Positions 40,871-53,616 of a DNA stretch of 64,000 nt are shown here, in pieces. Made by a program: the position numbers and the translations under genes. This DNA is from Octopus sinensis (taxonomy: Eukaryota), in the NCBI RefSeq assembly GCF_006345805.1, contig NC_043001.1, positions 58,838,001 to 58,902,000 on the forward strand, read 5' to 3'. The notes under the pieces are model-generated. The model was not told the origin of the DNA. It was given only the letters and a program-made list of their open reading frames with translations, and did not search any database. The first letter of the stretch is position 1. Every line of letters begins with the position of its first letter.

Positions 40871-43800
40871 GAAGAAATGCAGCTACTCATTTCACCCGGT
40901 GCAGCAACAATTCAGACAGGTCACCACTTTTGTAGCTTATAACATTAAAACAGTATTAACGTTCTCTTTTCGCGTTCCCTTTTTTCTATTCAGAGCTTTC
41001 TTTTCTTTTAGTATCCGTTGTTTTCCCTTTCTTTTCCTTTTCATCTACAGTGGTGTTTTTCAATGCAAAAATAAAAAAAGTTTTTCATTCGTGACTTGTA
41101 GCTAATAGTAATGTGTTTAATGTTAATAACTAGAAAATTTTATAGGCTTCGAGTAGTAATTTTGTAATTTCTTTCTAATTACATTACGAATTTTCTTCCA
41201 ATATTCAAATGGAAATATAATCTATCTATGACTTCCGTGCTGAATTCGAGAAACAGACATTTTTCTTTTTTTTTGTTTTATATCCAAATTTGGTGATTCA
41301 TATCATAGGTATGAATTATCTACACTGATCATAAAGCAGCCTCAACAAATACTTTGCATTTAGCTGTATATTAAGTATAATAGTATTTCATACTATCAGA
41401 ACAATAGTATACTAAATTTTTCATTTGTATGTATTATCCTCTGTCTAATTAATTAGTAATTATTTGAAAATCCAAGTTTGCATTAATTATCTAATTTCAT
41501 TTCGTTTTCCTAGCGTGTTATTAGTTCTTAATCATATATTCTCAACAGACTTGTTGAAATATTTTAAATTCTATTTTGATATCAATTTAGGTTTGAAATC
41601 TATGTTAGAGACTTATCTTTCTTGTTGTTTATCGCCAATATTTTATAACTTAAGCCCGGAATAAAACAGCATAATTGTGTTGAAAGTGCAGCCATCGCTT
41701 TAAAATCGGAGTGCAGCTATGCTCCAATGAGTGACTAAATGCATTAATGACAAACCAAAGGGCTATGTGTATCCAGCATTAATATTAATTGTCAATGGCG
41801 TTTTAATGTTGGAGATTGCTACCTTCTGTGACAATAATTTGGGGATTAAAAGAAACTCCGATATTTTTACAGACCCCCAATATGTAAGATATTGTATGCT
41901 AAAACATTCGTCTCGATATTTAAAATTTACTGAGAAAATGATTTCCTTCTAGGCAGATTACTTTATCTTGAGACGACGGTATAATTATTTTCCTACAGTG
42001 AAATATAAATAGTTGAATAATTATCAATGATACAGCCCAGCAGAACAAATGAAAAATAATTTTCAAATTTGAAATATCCACAATCTCATGTAAGTATTTT
42101 TTTTTAAATCCTCCCAAAAGAAAGTTAGAAACTTAGATATCTACTGTTAGATATCTACTGTTTTCTGTGAGAACTTTACACTTCTTTTCTATCCATATGC
42201 TTCTCTCTGAGTATTCGAAAATGTAATCATAACATCCATTTATTGCAAACAAAAAATACAAACGATCATCTTTCGAAAATGTGGACCTACAAACAATCTG
42301 TTCAGACCTACAAACGATCGTCTTCAGAAAATTAAAAAACTTCGATATCTACAATTTTCTAGGAAAGTCCTACCTCTCTTTTCTTCCATTTCCTTTTTCC
42401 CTGAATAATCGAGAATGTAAGCACCATTTTTATTGCAAGAGCTCTACAGTTTTCTCTGACCGGACTTATACACGATCATCTGTAGAAAATTTAAAACTTT
42501 AATATCTACAATTTGCTATGGAAATTTTACCCTTCTTTTCTCTTTGACTTTGAATATTTAAACATACATTTTTTATTGCAACAAATTAAACGCGCAATTA
42601 AAATTAAGGAGATAAACACCTGCCAATATCTACAAACTGTACAACTACGTAAACTGTAAACCACAGCAAAACTTATAAAAAGAAAAATTCAAAAATCCCC
42701 AATTTCAAAAGTTAAACGATGTAAATGTCAGTATGTATATACCATTTTTCTATTAGTATATAAACACAGAAAAATGTGAATTGGTTCTTTCCAAGACGAA
42801 GGTCAGCGCTCACATTGATCGTTAGTAGTAGTAAACACATTTGACCTCTGCTGACCGCAAGGCTGTGACGTTTGTATTGTCCCCTGATCGCACAGGAATG
42901 CGAAGCCCCATCCTTGATCTCCTTCTCACCATTAGCCGAAACGATTTACAGACCTGTGGAATTTAGAGTAATTACCAAGCTCCTGCTCTTTCTCCTACAA
43001 TTTACTCCAACCCTCACATATATATGAATATCTCAAGTACAAGACAAAAGTTAAAACTAAACAACATTTAATAATACCACACTGTAGTAGAGTAATGACA
43101 GCATCTCAAAACGGTTACATTACCAGTGGTTGTAGGAGCACTTGAAACGATCTGTAAAAGAACTGAAAATCATTTGAGAATGTTCACTGGATTACCAGTC
43201 GTGCAGGAAGCGTAAAAGATTGTATTAATTGGTACATCACACGTATTGAGAAGAGTATCGTCGCTGTGACGTTTTACTTTTTGCTCTTTATTTTCTTTGT
43301 TTACTTATATACTTATATCTTTTTTTCTTTTTCTCTCAGTCTTTCGTCTGCGTTTTTCTATCATCTGACATTGTAAATGAACAACCTTGTGTGATACTTT
43401 ATTGGCCCACAAAAGCATATAGTGCATGTCTCTGCCCTGGGTGTCACGAAAGCACTCGCAAGAAAAGGAAACAAAATTGAAAGAAGATTGTAATGAAAGC
43501 GATAATATTATTAATATATTTATCGGAACCCATAAAAAAAACGAGCAAAGGATAGGCGTACGGATAATCATAGATACTATAAAATAGATAATTTAGGGTT
43601 TACAAACACATACTACTAATCAACAACCCTCTGAAATCATGCAAAAATAAACTCATACGTTAAATATCTAAGAAAATGAATAAAACCCACAGCATGTGCC
43701 ATAGAAGGTAAATATTCGCCCGAACACAACATGCGCTATACAAGCAACGCACAATTTAAAAACTAATACAACCGAATACTCAAACAAAACCCCATACGAA

Positions 43801-43899
43801 ACTTACTGATACAATTCAATATCGTGCTGCCAAAAAAAATGCAGCACACACCACCTCACCAGCGCCAAGGTGCAACAAAGGGTGCTAGAGAAAGTTGCC

Positions 43900-45480
43900 T
43901 AAAACTTTCACATATCGAGAAATGAAAGTGGTGATGACGACGTTGACAGATAATACCTTGCCTCAGTTTATGCGACACAGGAGTTACAACTCTAGTTGTA
44001 ACAACGAAAATTAAGCTGAACCTTTCAAGGAAGGCCCCTCGCTCAGCAGACGCAGACTGACCACAGCTGTCATCTTAATACAGCATCAGCAGATAATAGA
44101 GCACAACATAAGAGATGCATCTTAAACCAAAGAACCTGAAGATTAATATTAAAATAGCGTTGCCAATAAATATGGGACAACTGACATCAACGATTTCGGT
44201 GATTTAAATGATGAAGATCACAAAATGTTAGATGGGATGCTGCAAGTAATAAGTAGAGAAGTGATAAAAAGATTGCCAGCATTAAAAAAACTTCAACAGA
44301 AGGAAGCTACATGAAAAGACTAAGAAAGTTGATTCCGTTATCAGGAGGATAGATACTAAAAATATAGAAGGTACTAACTTATTGATATATGGAAGAGGGG
44401 TAGTAGGCACCAGAAAATTAGATATTTAACAGGGAGAGTTTAAAAAACAAATGTGAAAAAGTGGACAACAAACTAATGCGATGAATTTAAGACAAAATCT
44501 GAGTAACCTGGAAAAGGAACAATTTAGGAAACACAACATTTCTCACTCGAGAAATGATATTTAGTCAAACAGAAAGAATTTAGGACAGCAGTAGAAGAAT
44601 TGAAAAACCGCATCGTAGTCGTAGCAGGCAAGCTGTCCAGATATCAGAAAAAATAGATTAGTATCATCAGAATATGTTATTTGAGAGAGGCAAGAGGAGA
44701 TTTTATAAACGAATAAATAGTGGAGAACGAAGTACTGAAGATGAGTAACCTAATGCAGAGGAAGCTAGAAAGTTCTGGAGTAATATTTTGGAGAAACTAG
44801 TCAGTCATAAATCGAGATGCAGTATGGTTAAAGATAATGAGAGAAAAAGTACTGTGTGAGAAGTAACCATATCTAAGATTAACTAGTGCATTAATGTATA
44901 AAGTTGTAGTGGAAATGCCGAATTGGTAGTGCCCAGGACCAGATATATTTCAAGGGTAGGGCTAGAGAGATTCAGTAATTTACATGGGATGCCGAGAAAA
45001 CAACTTCGGGATTGCTTTCATGGAGGAATACAAGCTTAGATGACTAGACTGAGGACAATACTCATTATAAAGGATAAGAGCAGGGGTAGTACAGCTAGCA
45101 GCTATAGATCAATCACTTGCACACCATTTTTGTGGACGCTGTTAATAGGAAAGATTTCAGAAAGCTTTTACGAGCACCTTGAAAACCAGAATTTACTAGC
45201 AGAAGAATAGAAAAATTCCAGGAAGAAGTTAGAGGAATGCATGAAGTATTATATGATTGATTGATTGATTGATTCCAGTTCCAGCCTATGAGCTGTGGCC
45301 ATGCTGGGGCACCGCCATTTATAGACAATTCAGATATAGACAATTCAGATGTAACCGAAATAAAATCTACAAAGGAAAATCAAAGAATACCATGGATAGA
45401 TTATAGGAAATATTATGACATGATCCCGCACTCATGGATAGGTAGATGTTTGAGTATGTTCAGCACAGCAGACAACATAA
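43900..45480 (+). mobile_element. Heavily degraded R4-type ORF, pre-RT and RT start
   Basis: Broken frames KNRIVVVAGKLSRYQ...QNMLFERGKRRFYKRIN, PNAEEARKFWS, PGPDIFQG, SYRSITC and PWIDYRKYYDMIPHSWI. Confidence 0.7.
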
Positions 45481-45499
45481 AATAATTAATTAGCTTTAA

Positions 45500-45676
45500 A
45501 GTTCTTTATTTAAAAGATGAGGAATTATGTACATTATTACATTATGTACATTTGATGGACATTTATCCTCATCTTGTTTGCTGTTAGCACAACGTTTCGG
45601 CTGAGATACCCTCCAGCCTTCTTTAGGTTTCTTGGGGAAATTTCGAACCAGGGTTCTCATTCCTAAAGTATTGGGC
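45500..45676 (-). mobile_element. Hammerhead-bearing repeat, copy 3 (motif 45586-45631)
   Basis: Intact stem II GGCTG/CAGCC and GAAACGTT; core mutated to CTAAAGA. Confidence 0.75.
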
Positions 45677-45753
<77 letters not shown>

Positions 45754-45768
45754 TACAATAATAATAAT

Positions 45769-48738
45769 AATGACTTGATATACGCAGCAGCCACTGCAGC
45801 CACAAAATGACTTGATATACGCAGCAGCCACTGCAGCCACAAAAGAAGCTAGATACTCACCCAAACCCGCCCAAACAGGAGTACCACCACCCAAACAAAC
45901 CCTGTGGATAAATAACATCCAAAACAAATTTTAAAAAATTAGAAAAGACCTGTCGATTCTTAATGAAATCAGTAAACAAGCAACGCTACTAAGCAACAAA
46001 AAGAGAACAAAAATGCTCCGCAAAAATAACATCACAGAAAAAGATTTGCCGGAGATAAAAGAAAAGCTGAAGCAAGATATCCTTGCCAAAGCTCAAAGGA
46101 TCCGCCGGTACGAGAAACGCCAACGCTTCTTTGAACAGAACAAAAAGTTCAACTCCGACCCCAAAAAGTTCTACCAAGAACTGGGCAAAAATAAAATAGA
46201 AGTCACTGCAGCACCAACGGCAGAAGAATTGGAAGAATTCTGGAGAGAAATATGGTCGGCGAACGAACAGCCAAAAAAAAGGAGTATGAAAATAACAAAC
46301 TCGCATCTGAACAACTTTGGACCCCCATAACAACTGAAGAGGTCACCCAGGCACTGCAAAAACTAAGCAAATGGAAGGCACCTGGGCATGACAAGATCCC
46401 CAACTTCTGGTTGAAATATCTAACAGGAATGCACAAAAAGCTGGCTGAAAACTTTAACAGCATACTAGCAGAGCCAGAGACAATGCCTGAATGGCTCACG
46501 AAGGGGAAAAAACATCTTAATTCCCAAATCAAATGAAACAACAAAACCAGAAAACTACAGACCAATAACCTGCCTCCCTACTATGTTCAAGGCATTTACT
46601 GCAGTGATATCGCAAAGGCTGAACAAACACCTGGACGAAAACAAACTGTTCCTAGAAGAGCAGAAAGGATGCCGCAAGGGCTCATGTGGCTGTAAAGATC
46701 AACTAATGATTAATAAAGCCGTAACTGAAGACAGCCACAGAAAGAAGAAAGGCCTCAGTATGGCCTGGATTGACTACAAAAAAGCGTTTGATAGCATCCC
46801 CCACACATGGATCCTCGAAACACTAGCCATTAACAAAGTAGCACCAACAATCATAAAATTCATAGAGCACTCTATGAATAAATGGCAAACAGTCCTACAC
46901 CTCCAAACAAAAGAGGGACTCGTGAAAACCAAAGACATCCCCATTAGAAGAGTAATATTCCAGGGAGACACGCTCTCTCCACTCCTTTTCTGCTTGGCAC
47001 TGTCACCTCTATCTGATATGCTAAATAGAACTGGATGCGGATATAAATGTTACGGCAAAACGATCAGCCACCTTTTATATATGGATGACCTAAAACTATA
47101 CGCTGAAAATGACAAACAGCTGGAAACACTATTAAAGACAGTTCATGGATTTACCAAAGAAATAGATATGAAATTTGGATTAGAAAAATGCGCGAAAGTA
47201 AACCTGAAAAGAGGAAAACTAGTTAAGAGTAACAACATCACACTAGATAAAACCAATGAAAAAAAGAATTAGACCAAAGCCAAACTTACAAATACTTAGG
47301 AATCCATGAACTAGATAAGACACAACACACACAAATGAAAGAGAAAATAAAAAAAGAATATTATAGACGAGTTAGATCAATACTAAACACAGAGCTCAAT
47401 GCTAAAAACAAGATAATAGGTATCAACACTTTAGCTGTCCCAGTTATAAGTTACAGCTACAATATCCTTAACTGGACACGAAATGAACTGTCCAAAATAG
47501 ATAGGAAAACAAGAAAAATACTGACAGGATCTAGGATGCATCACCCAAAATCTGACATAGAAAGACTATATATACAACGTATAGAAGGTGGTAGAGGCCT
47601 TATACAGCTGGAAAACTACTATAAAATAACCACCATAGGACTGCAAAAATACCTACTTCAGAAGGAAGGAAAACCGATCCAGATAGCAGCAAAACACGAG
47701 CAAAACAAAAAACTGTTCTCAGTATTTAAGGAAGCTGACAAATACAAACAAAAAATCATACCACCTAATAAACACAAAGAAGAAGAAGAAGATGATGATG
47801 AAGAAACAACAAAAGCTATAAAACAAATGAAATCCAAACTAAAAATAGAACAGCAACGAGCCATGATAAAACGATGGCAAGAAAAGCCCCTTCATGGTAA
47901 ATACTGCACTAAACTAAACGCAAAAGAAATAGACAAAGAAAAATCCCAGCAATGGTTGAGAAGCTCAGGACTCAATGCAGAAACAGAGGGAGTTTTAATT
48001 GCAGCACAAGACCAAAGTCTCCCCACCAGAAAGTACCAAAAACATGTAATGAAAAGAAATATTACAAGTAACTGCAGAATATGTGGAGATGGACAAGAAA
48101 CAATAAATCATATTATCTCTAGCTGCCCAGTCCTGGCAAAGAAGGAATATATTCACAGACATGACAGAGTTGGAACCTACATACATTGGAAGCTATGCCA
48201 ACATTACGGAATAACAACAGAAAAAAGATGGTATAGGCACACACCAGAAAAGGTCACAGAAAACGAGAAAGCAACCATACTCTGGGATATGCCGATACAC
48301 ACAGATAGAGAAATTAAGGCCAACAGACCAGATATAGTTGTCAGAGATCATGAAGAAAAAAATGCTTTCTAATTGATGTATCAATACCGGCAGATGACAA
48401 CGTGTCTCTAAAAGAAATGGAGAAACTCTCAAAATACAAAGACCTGGAAATAGAGATAACTAGAATGTGGAACCTGAAAACAGAAACAATTCCTATCATA
48501 GTAGGTGCATTAGGCATGATAAGAAAATATTCAGACAAATACATAACAAAAACACCAGGACTTACAAACACATATAACATACAGACAATTGCACTACTAG
48601 GCACTGCACACATCCTACGCAGAACACTTTCCATACAATAACCATCAGAGCATCACAACAAATCACAGCACATACCCAAGGCACACAGAGCTGCGCTCGG
48701 TAGTGAAGTGAAAGCACGCTATAAAAATAAAACTACTG
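45769..48738 (+). mobile_element. R4/Dong-clade RLE retrotransposon, copy A (5'-truncated; RT, CCHC knuckle, RLE nuclease)
   Basis: YRPITCLPT, EQKGCRKG, WIDYKKAFDS, IFQGDTLSPLLF, YMDDLKLY, FGLEKC, CRICGDGQETINHIISSC, RHD, RPDIVV, K..KY. (TAA)n lies on both sides (~45677-45768 and 48739-48889). Confidence 0.95.
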
Positions 48739-48742
48739 AATA

Positions 48743-48889
<147 letters not shown>

Positions 48890-50464
48890 TCATGTGACAT
48901 AGAAAGGTTATATATACAACATCCATATATATAACCAGTGTTCAATCGTGTAGTTGTGTAAGTACTTCTACAATAAACAAATTCAGGTGTAATTATTATT
49001 ACATTCAGAAATTGAAAACCATTTTTACCAGTGCGTTATATTCAGCTTATAGTTACACTTTCCATCGTAGAAAACATACATATACATACATGCAAACCTC
49101 TGCCAGATAACGAAGAAATATTCAAGTAGCTTTAAAGGAATTTGGTCTCATATCCCTCGGAATACACTTCTTTATATCGTTCATATATTTGTCAGATACC
49201 CTTAGGTTGTGTACACGACTGGTGTGTTGTTATGTTGAATTTTAGCATTCCCGTAGGCTTTGAAATATTAAAACGCAAAAGAATGTTAAATATTTCATAA
49301 AATCATGAGAGTACAACTTTGTAATATGATGTTACTCTGCCAATACAATTACTATATTCGAGAAAGTATCACAAGACGAAACCAGGTTTTCATTAGCTCT
49401 TATGATTTTCCTTATTACGTAATGCATTTGGAAACCATTTTAGCATTCAAAGACACGGAAAGCGACTGCTTTACAATAATCTAATCAGGTTTATGCGCAA
49501 TCTTCCGAAAGCATCTCAATTATGTGTGTGTCTGTATCTGTGGTTGTTCTCCTGCCATCGCTTGACAACTGAGGCTGGTGTGTTTATATCCGTGTAAATG
49601 GCTCTGATGTACCCGACGCCTCTGCAGAGCATATTGACCAAACTACAAGACTGAGAGTGATACAAGACAGAACAACGAAGTTACAACATGATTTTTGTTT
49701 TTTGAACAAAAGACTATAGCTGTTATCGGTTAAAACAATACGTGTTATGTAGTTTTCACATAATGATATTAGATCTTTATGGTATGTTTTGGATAAATGT
49801 TTTTCCCGATGTCCCGCGATGTTCCAACAAATTTCCTAAATAAGTTCTGTATGAAATGACTTACAGCACCGATGGATATAGCTGTTTCTATTGTAAGCTT
49901 CATGGCAACAGTTCTACGTTTGTTTCTCATACCTTATCACTATTTGTTATTATCAACGTCATGTTTTATTTAACATTCAGGAAATAGCTTGCTTTGTATG
50001 TGAAGTTAGTTTGATGCTAGGCGGCGCTATCTGTATGTTCTCTTTTGAGTAATACTTTGCTATTATTATTGCTTCCGTGAACTATCTTATATATTTTTTT
50101 GCTATTCTAAACAAAATATTTGTGTTATCAACTAAGGTTTTTACTTTCTGTTTTTTTTTGTCTTCACGTTGTGTAATATAACGCAAGACCATTATTCTAT
50201 TATTACACAGCATAGCCAATATCCTATATTCTATGCTATATCAACAGCAATATTCGATTTCTATATAAATACCAAAAACTAATTAATATACAACATGACG
50301 TATCACTAGTTTTTCTTTTATATTGAATGAAAAATAACAAATTACAGACGCCAACTAAACGAGAAAAAGTTTAAAGTTCGAATAATAAGGAGTAAGAGAC
50401 ACCACTTTTCCTGTAATACTTCCCCTCTAATAACAGCAGCAACAACAAAAATCATGTCTGTTAT

Positions 50465-50469
<5 letters not shown>

Positions 50470-50549
<80 letters not shown>

Positions 50550-50590
50550 TGTTATTATTATTATTATCATTATTATTATTATTATTTTAT
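50470..50590. repeat. (AAT)n immediately followed by (ATT)n, an AT-rich palindrome
   Basis: Centre aataat|attatt near 50535. Confidence 0.9.
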
Positions 50591-52113
50591 CTTTATTCGT
50601 ATTAATATTGTTATTGTTGCCGCCCCTGCTGCTCCTGCTTTGTTGTTGTTGTTATAAACATTAGTAATACTTTTCACATATATTAGCACGAGGTGATTGA
50701 AATACCATTTCTTTGCTACGTATTGCGGCCGTGTGCTGCAGCCATCTACTTCCCCAGTTTATCTCCCTTATTCCTTGATGACATCTCTCCGTCCTCGTCT
50801 TTATGTCCACGATTTTGTTTTCTAACCAACCCTTCCCGAATATACCAACACAGAGGTTCTGTGTTCTGATAAATTGGCCAAAATATTACAGTTTGCAGCG
50901 TCTCTCCCTCATCACAGTTTTGTGTTCTTCTTGCATCTCCTCAAGTAATCATTTCTCCTGTGGGCCATACAAAATGTTCTGCAGCTCTTGATAACAACAT
51001 GCTATTTTTATTGCTTCGTGTCAACTTCCCTTAAACTCCATGCAACCGATGAAGTAGCGATTAGAACGATAACATCAGCATAATGTCATTTACCTAACGG
51101 CCAGTGATATATGCACTGAAAAAGAAGTTATCTGCAGGACCCATACTCATCGAAATAGTAATTAATGCGAACATGTAAAATAGATGAGAGTTACGGAACT
51201 CCATTTCTGATTCTCAACCATAACGTAACCTCATATTTCATTCAAGTAGCTACCAGCTAACTTGTATCTAGTCTCCAAAACAAGCCCTCTGATGAGACCT
51301 CGATCCCTCTATTCAATGAAAATGGAAGGCCGTTTCATAATCAATGAATATCGTGGAATATTATTTTGCGTAGCTGTCGCCATGTCGATACCGGTAGTAA
51401 AAATCAGTATAATTGAGCTCAAACATTGACGAAGCCACAACTGAATTTCTCTGAACGGTTTTTTGGTGGTGTACTCCATACTCTTTAGCCGTGTTCTTAA
51501 CACGATCGTGTTGGTGTGCTTGCAGAAATTTATGGTAGAGTACTCTTAAAAAACATTGCCAGCAAATTTAGGCACTGCAGTGAAGATTGTTCGCTGCTTG
51601 TTCCCAGATTATTCACCTGTCTCTCAGATCTTGTTACATAGTTACATAGATCGTTCATAATTTCCAACAATGTCTCGTTATTTGTTACTAGTAAATGGAC
51701 TGAAAGCTTATCAACCTTTACTGCCTTGTGATGTGGTACGCATCAAATAGACTCTTGTACTTCAGCTGCTAGAATTTTTTACAGGATTAGCGATATTGCT
51801 ATAATCACTGTTACTTCATCATTTGATTTATAGATCCCTTTGACCTGTTGCAGTTTCTCCATATTTCTTCACTTATTCCCGATCTCATTTATGTAGGTGC
51901 GTTTCCTGCATTGACATAATTAATACTTCATTTTTAAGATTGGGATTTTCTAAGTTTTATCTTAATAAATCTATTGTTCATTCTAGTGATATTACGAAAA
52001 TCGTCTTCCATCTGTCTACTTTGTCCTTTCAAATACGTTGTCTTTCACTCACTTCCTGGACGTTGTAATGCCTTACGAGACTGTTTTCTATTATTATAAT
52101 AATTATTATTATT

Positions 52114-53109
52114 CAGTAGTTTTATTTTTATAGCGTGCTTTCACTTCACTACCGAGCACGGCTCTGTGTGCCTTGGGTATGTGCTGTGATTTGTTGTGAT
52201 GCTCTGATGGTTATTGTATGGAAAGTGTTCTGCGTAGGATGTGTGCGGTGCCTAGTAGTGCAATTTTCTGTATGTTATATGTGTTTGTAAGTCCTGGTGT
52301 TTTTGTTATGTATTTGGCTGAATATTTTTTTATCATGCCTAATGCAACTACTATGATAGGAATTGTTTCTGTTTTCAGATTCCACATTCTAGTTACCTCT
52401 ATTTCCAGGTCTTTGTATTTTGAGAGTTTCTCCATTTCTTTTAGAGACACGTTGTCATCTGCCGGTATTGATACATCAATTAGAAAGCATTTTTTTCTTC
52501 ATGATCTCTGACAACTATATCTGGTCTGTTGGCCTTAATTTCTCTATCTGTGTGTATCGGCATATCCCAGAGTATGGTTGCTTTCTCGTTTACTGTGACC
52601 TTTTCTGGTGTGTGCCTATACCATCTTTTTTCTGTTGTTATTCCATAATGTTGGCATAGCTTCCAATGTATGTAGGTTCCAACTCTGTCATGTCTGTGAA
52701 TATATTCCTTCTTAGCCAGGACTGGGCAGCTAGAGATAATATGATTTATTGTTTCTTGTCCATCTCCACATATTCTGCAGTTACTTGTAATATTTCTTTT
52801 CATTACATGCTTTTGGTAATTTCTGGTGGGGAGGCTTTGGTCTTGTGCTGCAATTAAAAATCCCTCTGTTCTGCTTTGAGTCCTGAGCTTCTCAACCATT
52901 GCTGGGATTTTTCTTTGTCTATTTCTTTTGCGTTTAGTTTAGTGCAGTATTTACCATGAAGGGGCTTTTCTTGCCATCGTTTTATCATGGTTCGTTGCTG
53001 TTCTATTTTTAGTTTGGATTTCATTTGTTTTATAGCTTTTGTTGTTTCTTCATCATCTTCTTCTTCTTATTCGTGTTTATTAGGTGGTATGATTTCTTGG
53101 TATTAGGTG

Positions 53110-53113
<4 letters not shown>
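52114..53113 (-). mobile_element. R4/Dong-type retrotransposon, copy B (3' ~1 kb)
   Basis: Nearly identical to ~47750-48738; (AAT)n on both sides. Confidence 0.95.
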
Positions 53114-53182
<69 letters not shown>

Positions 53183-53510
53183 CATTGTTGTTGTTGTTGT
53201 TGTTGTTATTATTATTATTTTTATTATTAATATTATTATTATTTTGTACCTCTGCAATTTGCCTTGAAAACGAACAGCTGTAAGGGAGAACTTGTTATCC
53301 ATCAGCTGAACAGTATCTCCAAACATCTGGGATCAATTAGTTTTCTTGTATTAACTATTTTCTCTGTATCTCACCTATATTAGTGCAAATTTCCTCTTCG
53401 AGGAAATTCAATACTTCAGTTTTTGTTAACCTATATATTACAGGGTTCTCATTTCTTTTTTCACGAACGTGTGTGTGGGTATCAGGATTAAACCTTAAAA
53501 TCTGGTTCTT

Positions 53511-53616
53511 GTTCATTCCCTGTAGTCAGATGCGGGATCATTCCCTGTAGTCAGATGCGGGTTCATTCCCTGTAGTTAGAGGCGGGTTCATTCCCTGTAG
53601 TTAGATGCGGGATCCC
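53511..53616. repeat. 25-bp minisatellite, 4.2 units
   Basis: G(T/A)TCATTCCCTGTAGT(C/T)AGA(T/G)GCGG at 53511, 53536, 53561 and 53586. Confidence 0.97.

Noticed and set aside
51289-51400. CTGATGA followed later by GTCGATACCGGTA, hammerhead-like
   Set aside because: The GAAA core is altered and no stem I pairing could be built.
51550-52080. Broken minus-strand frames reminiscent of an RTE-type endonuclease
   Set aside because: Many stops and shifts, and no clear catalytic motif recovered.
53511-53616. 25-bp repeats as a CRISPR array
   Set aside because: The units are contiguous with no spacers, there are no cas genes, and the context is eukaryotic.
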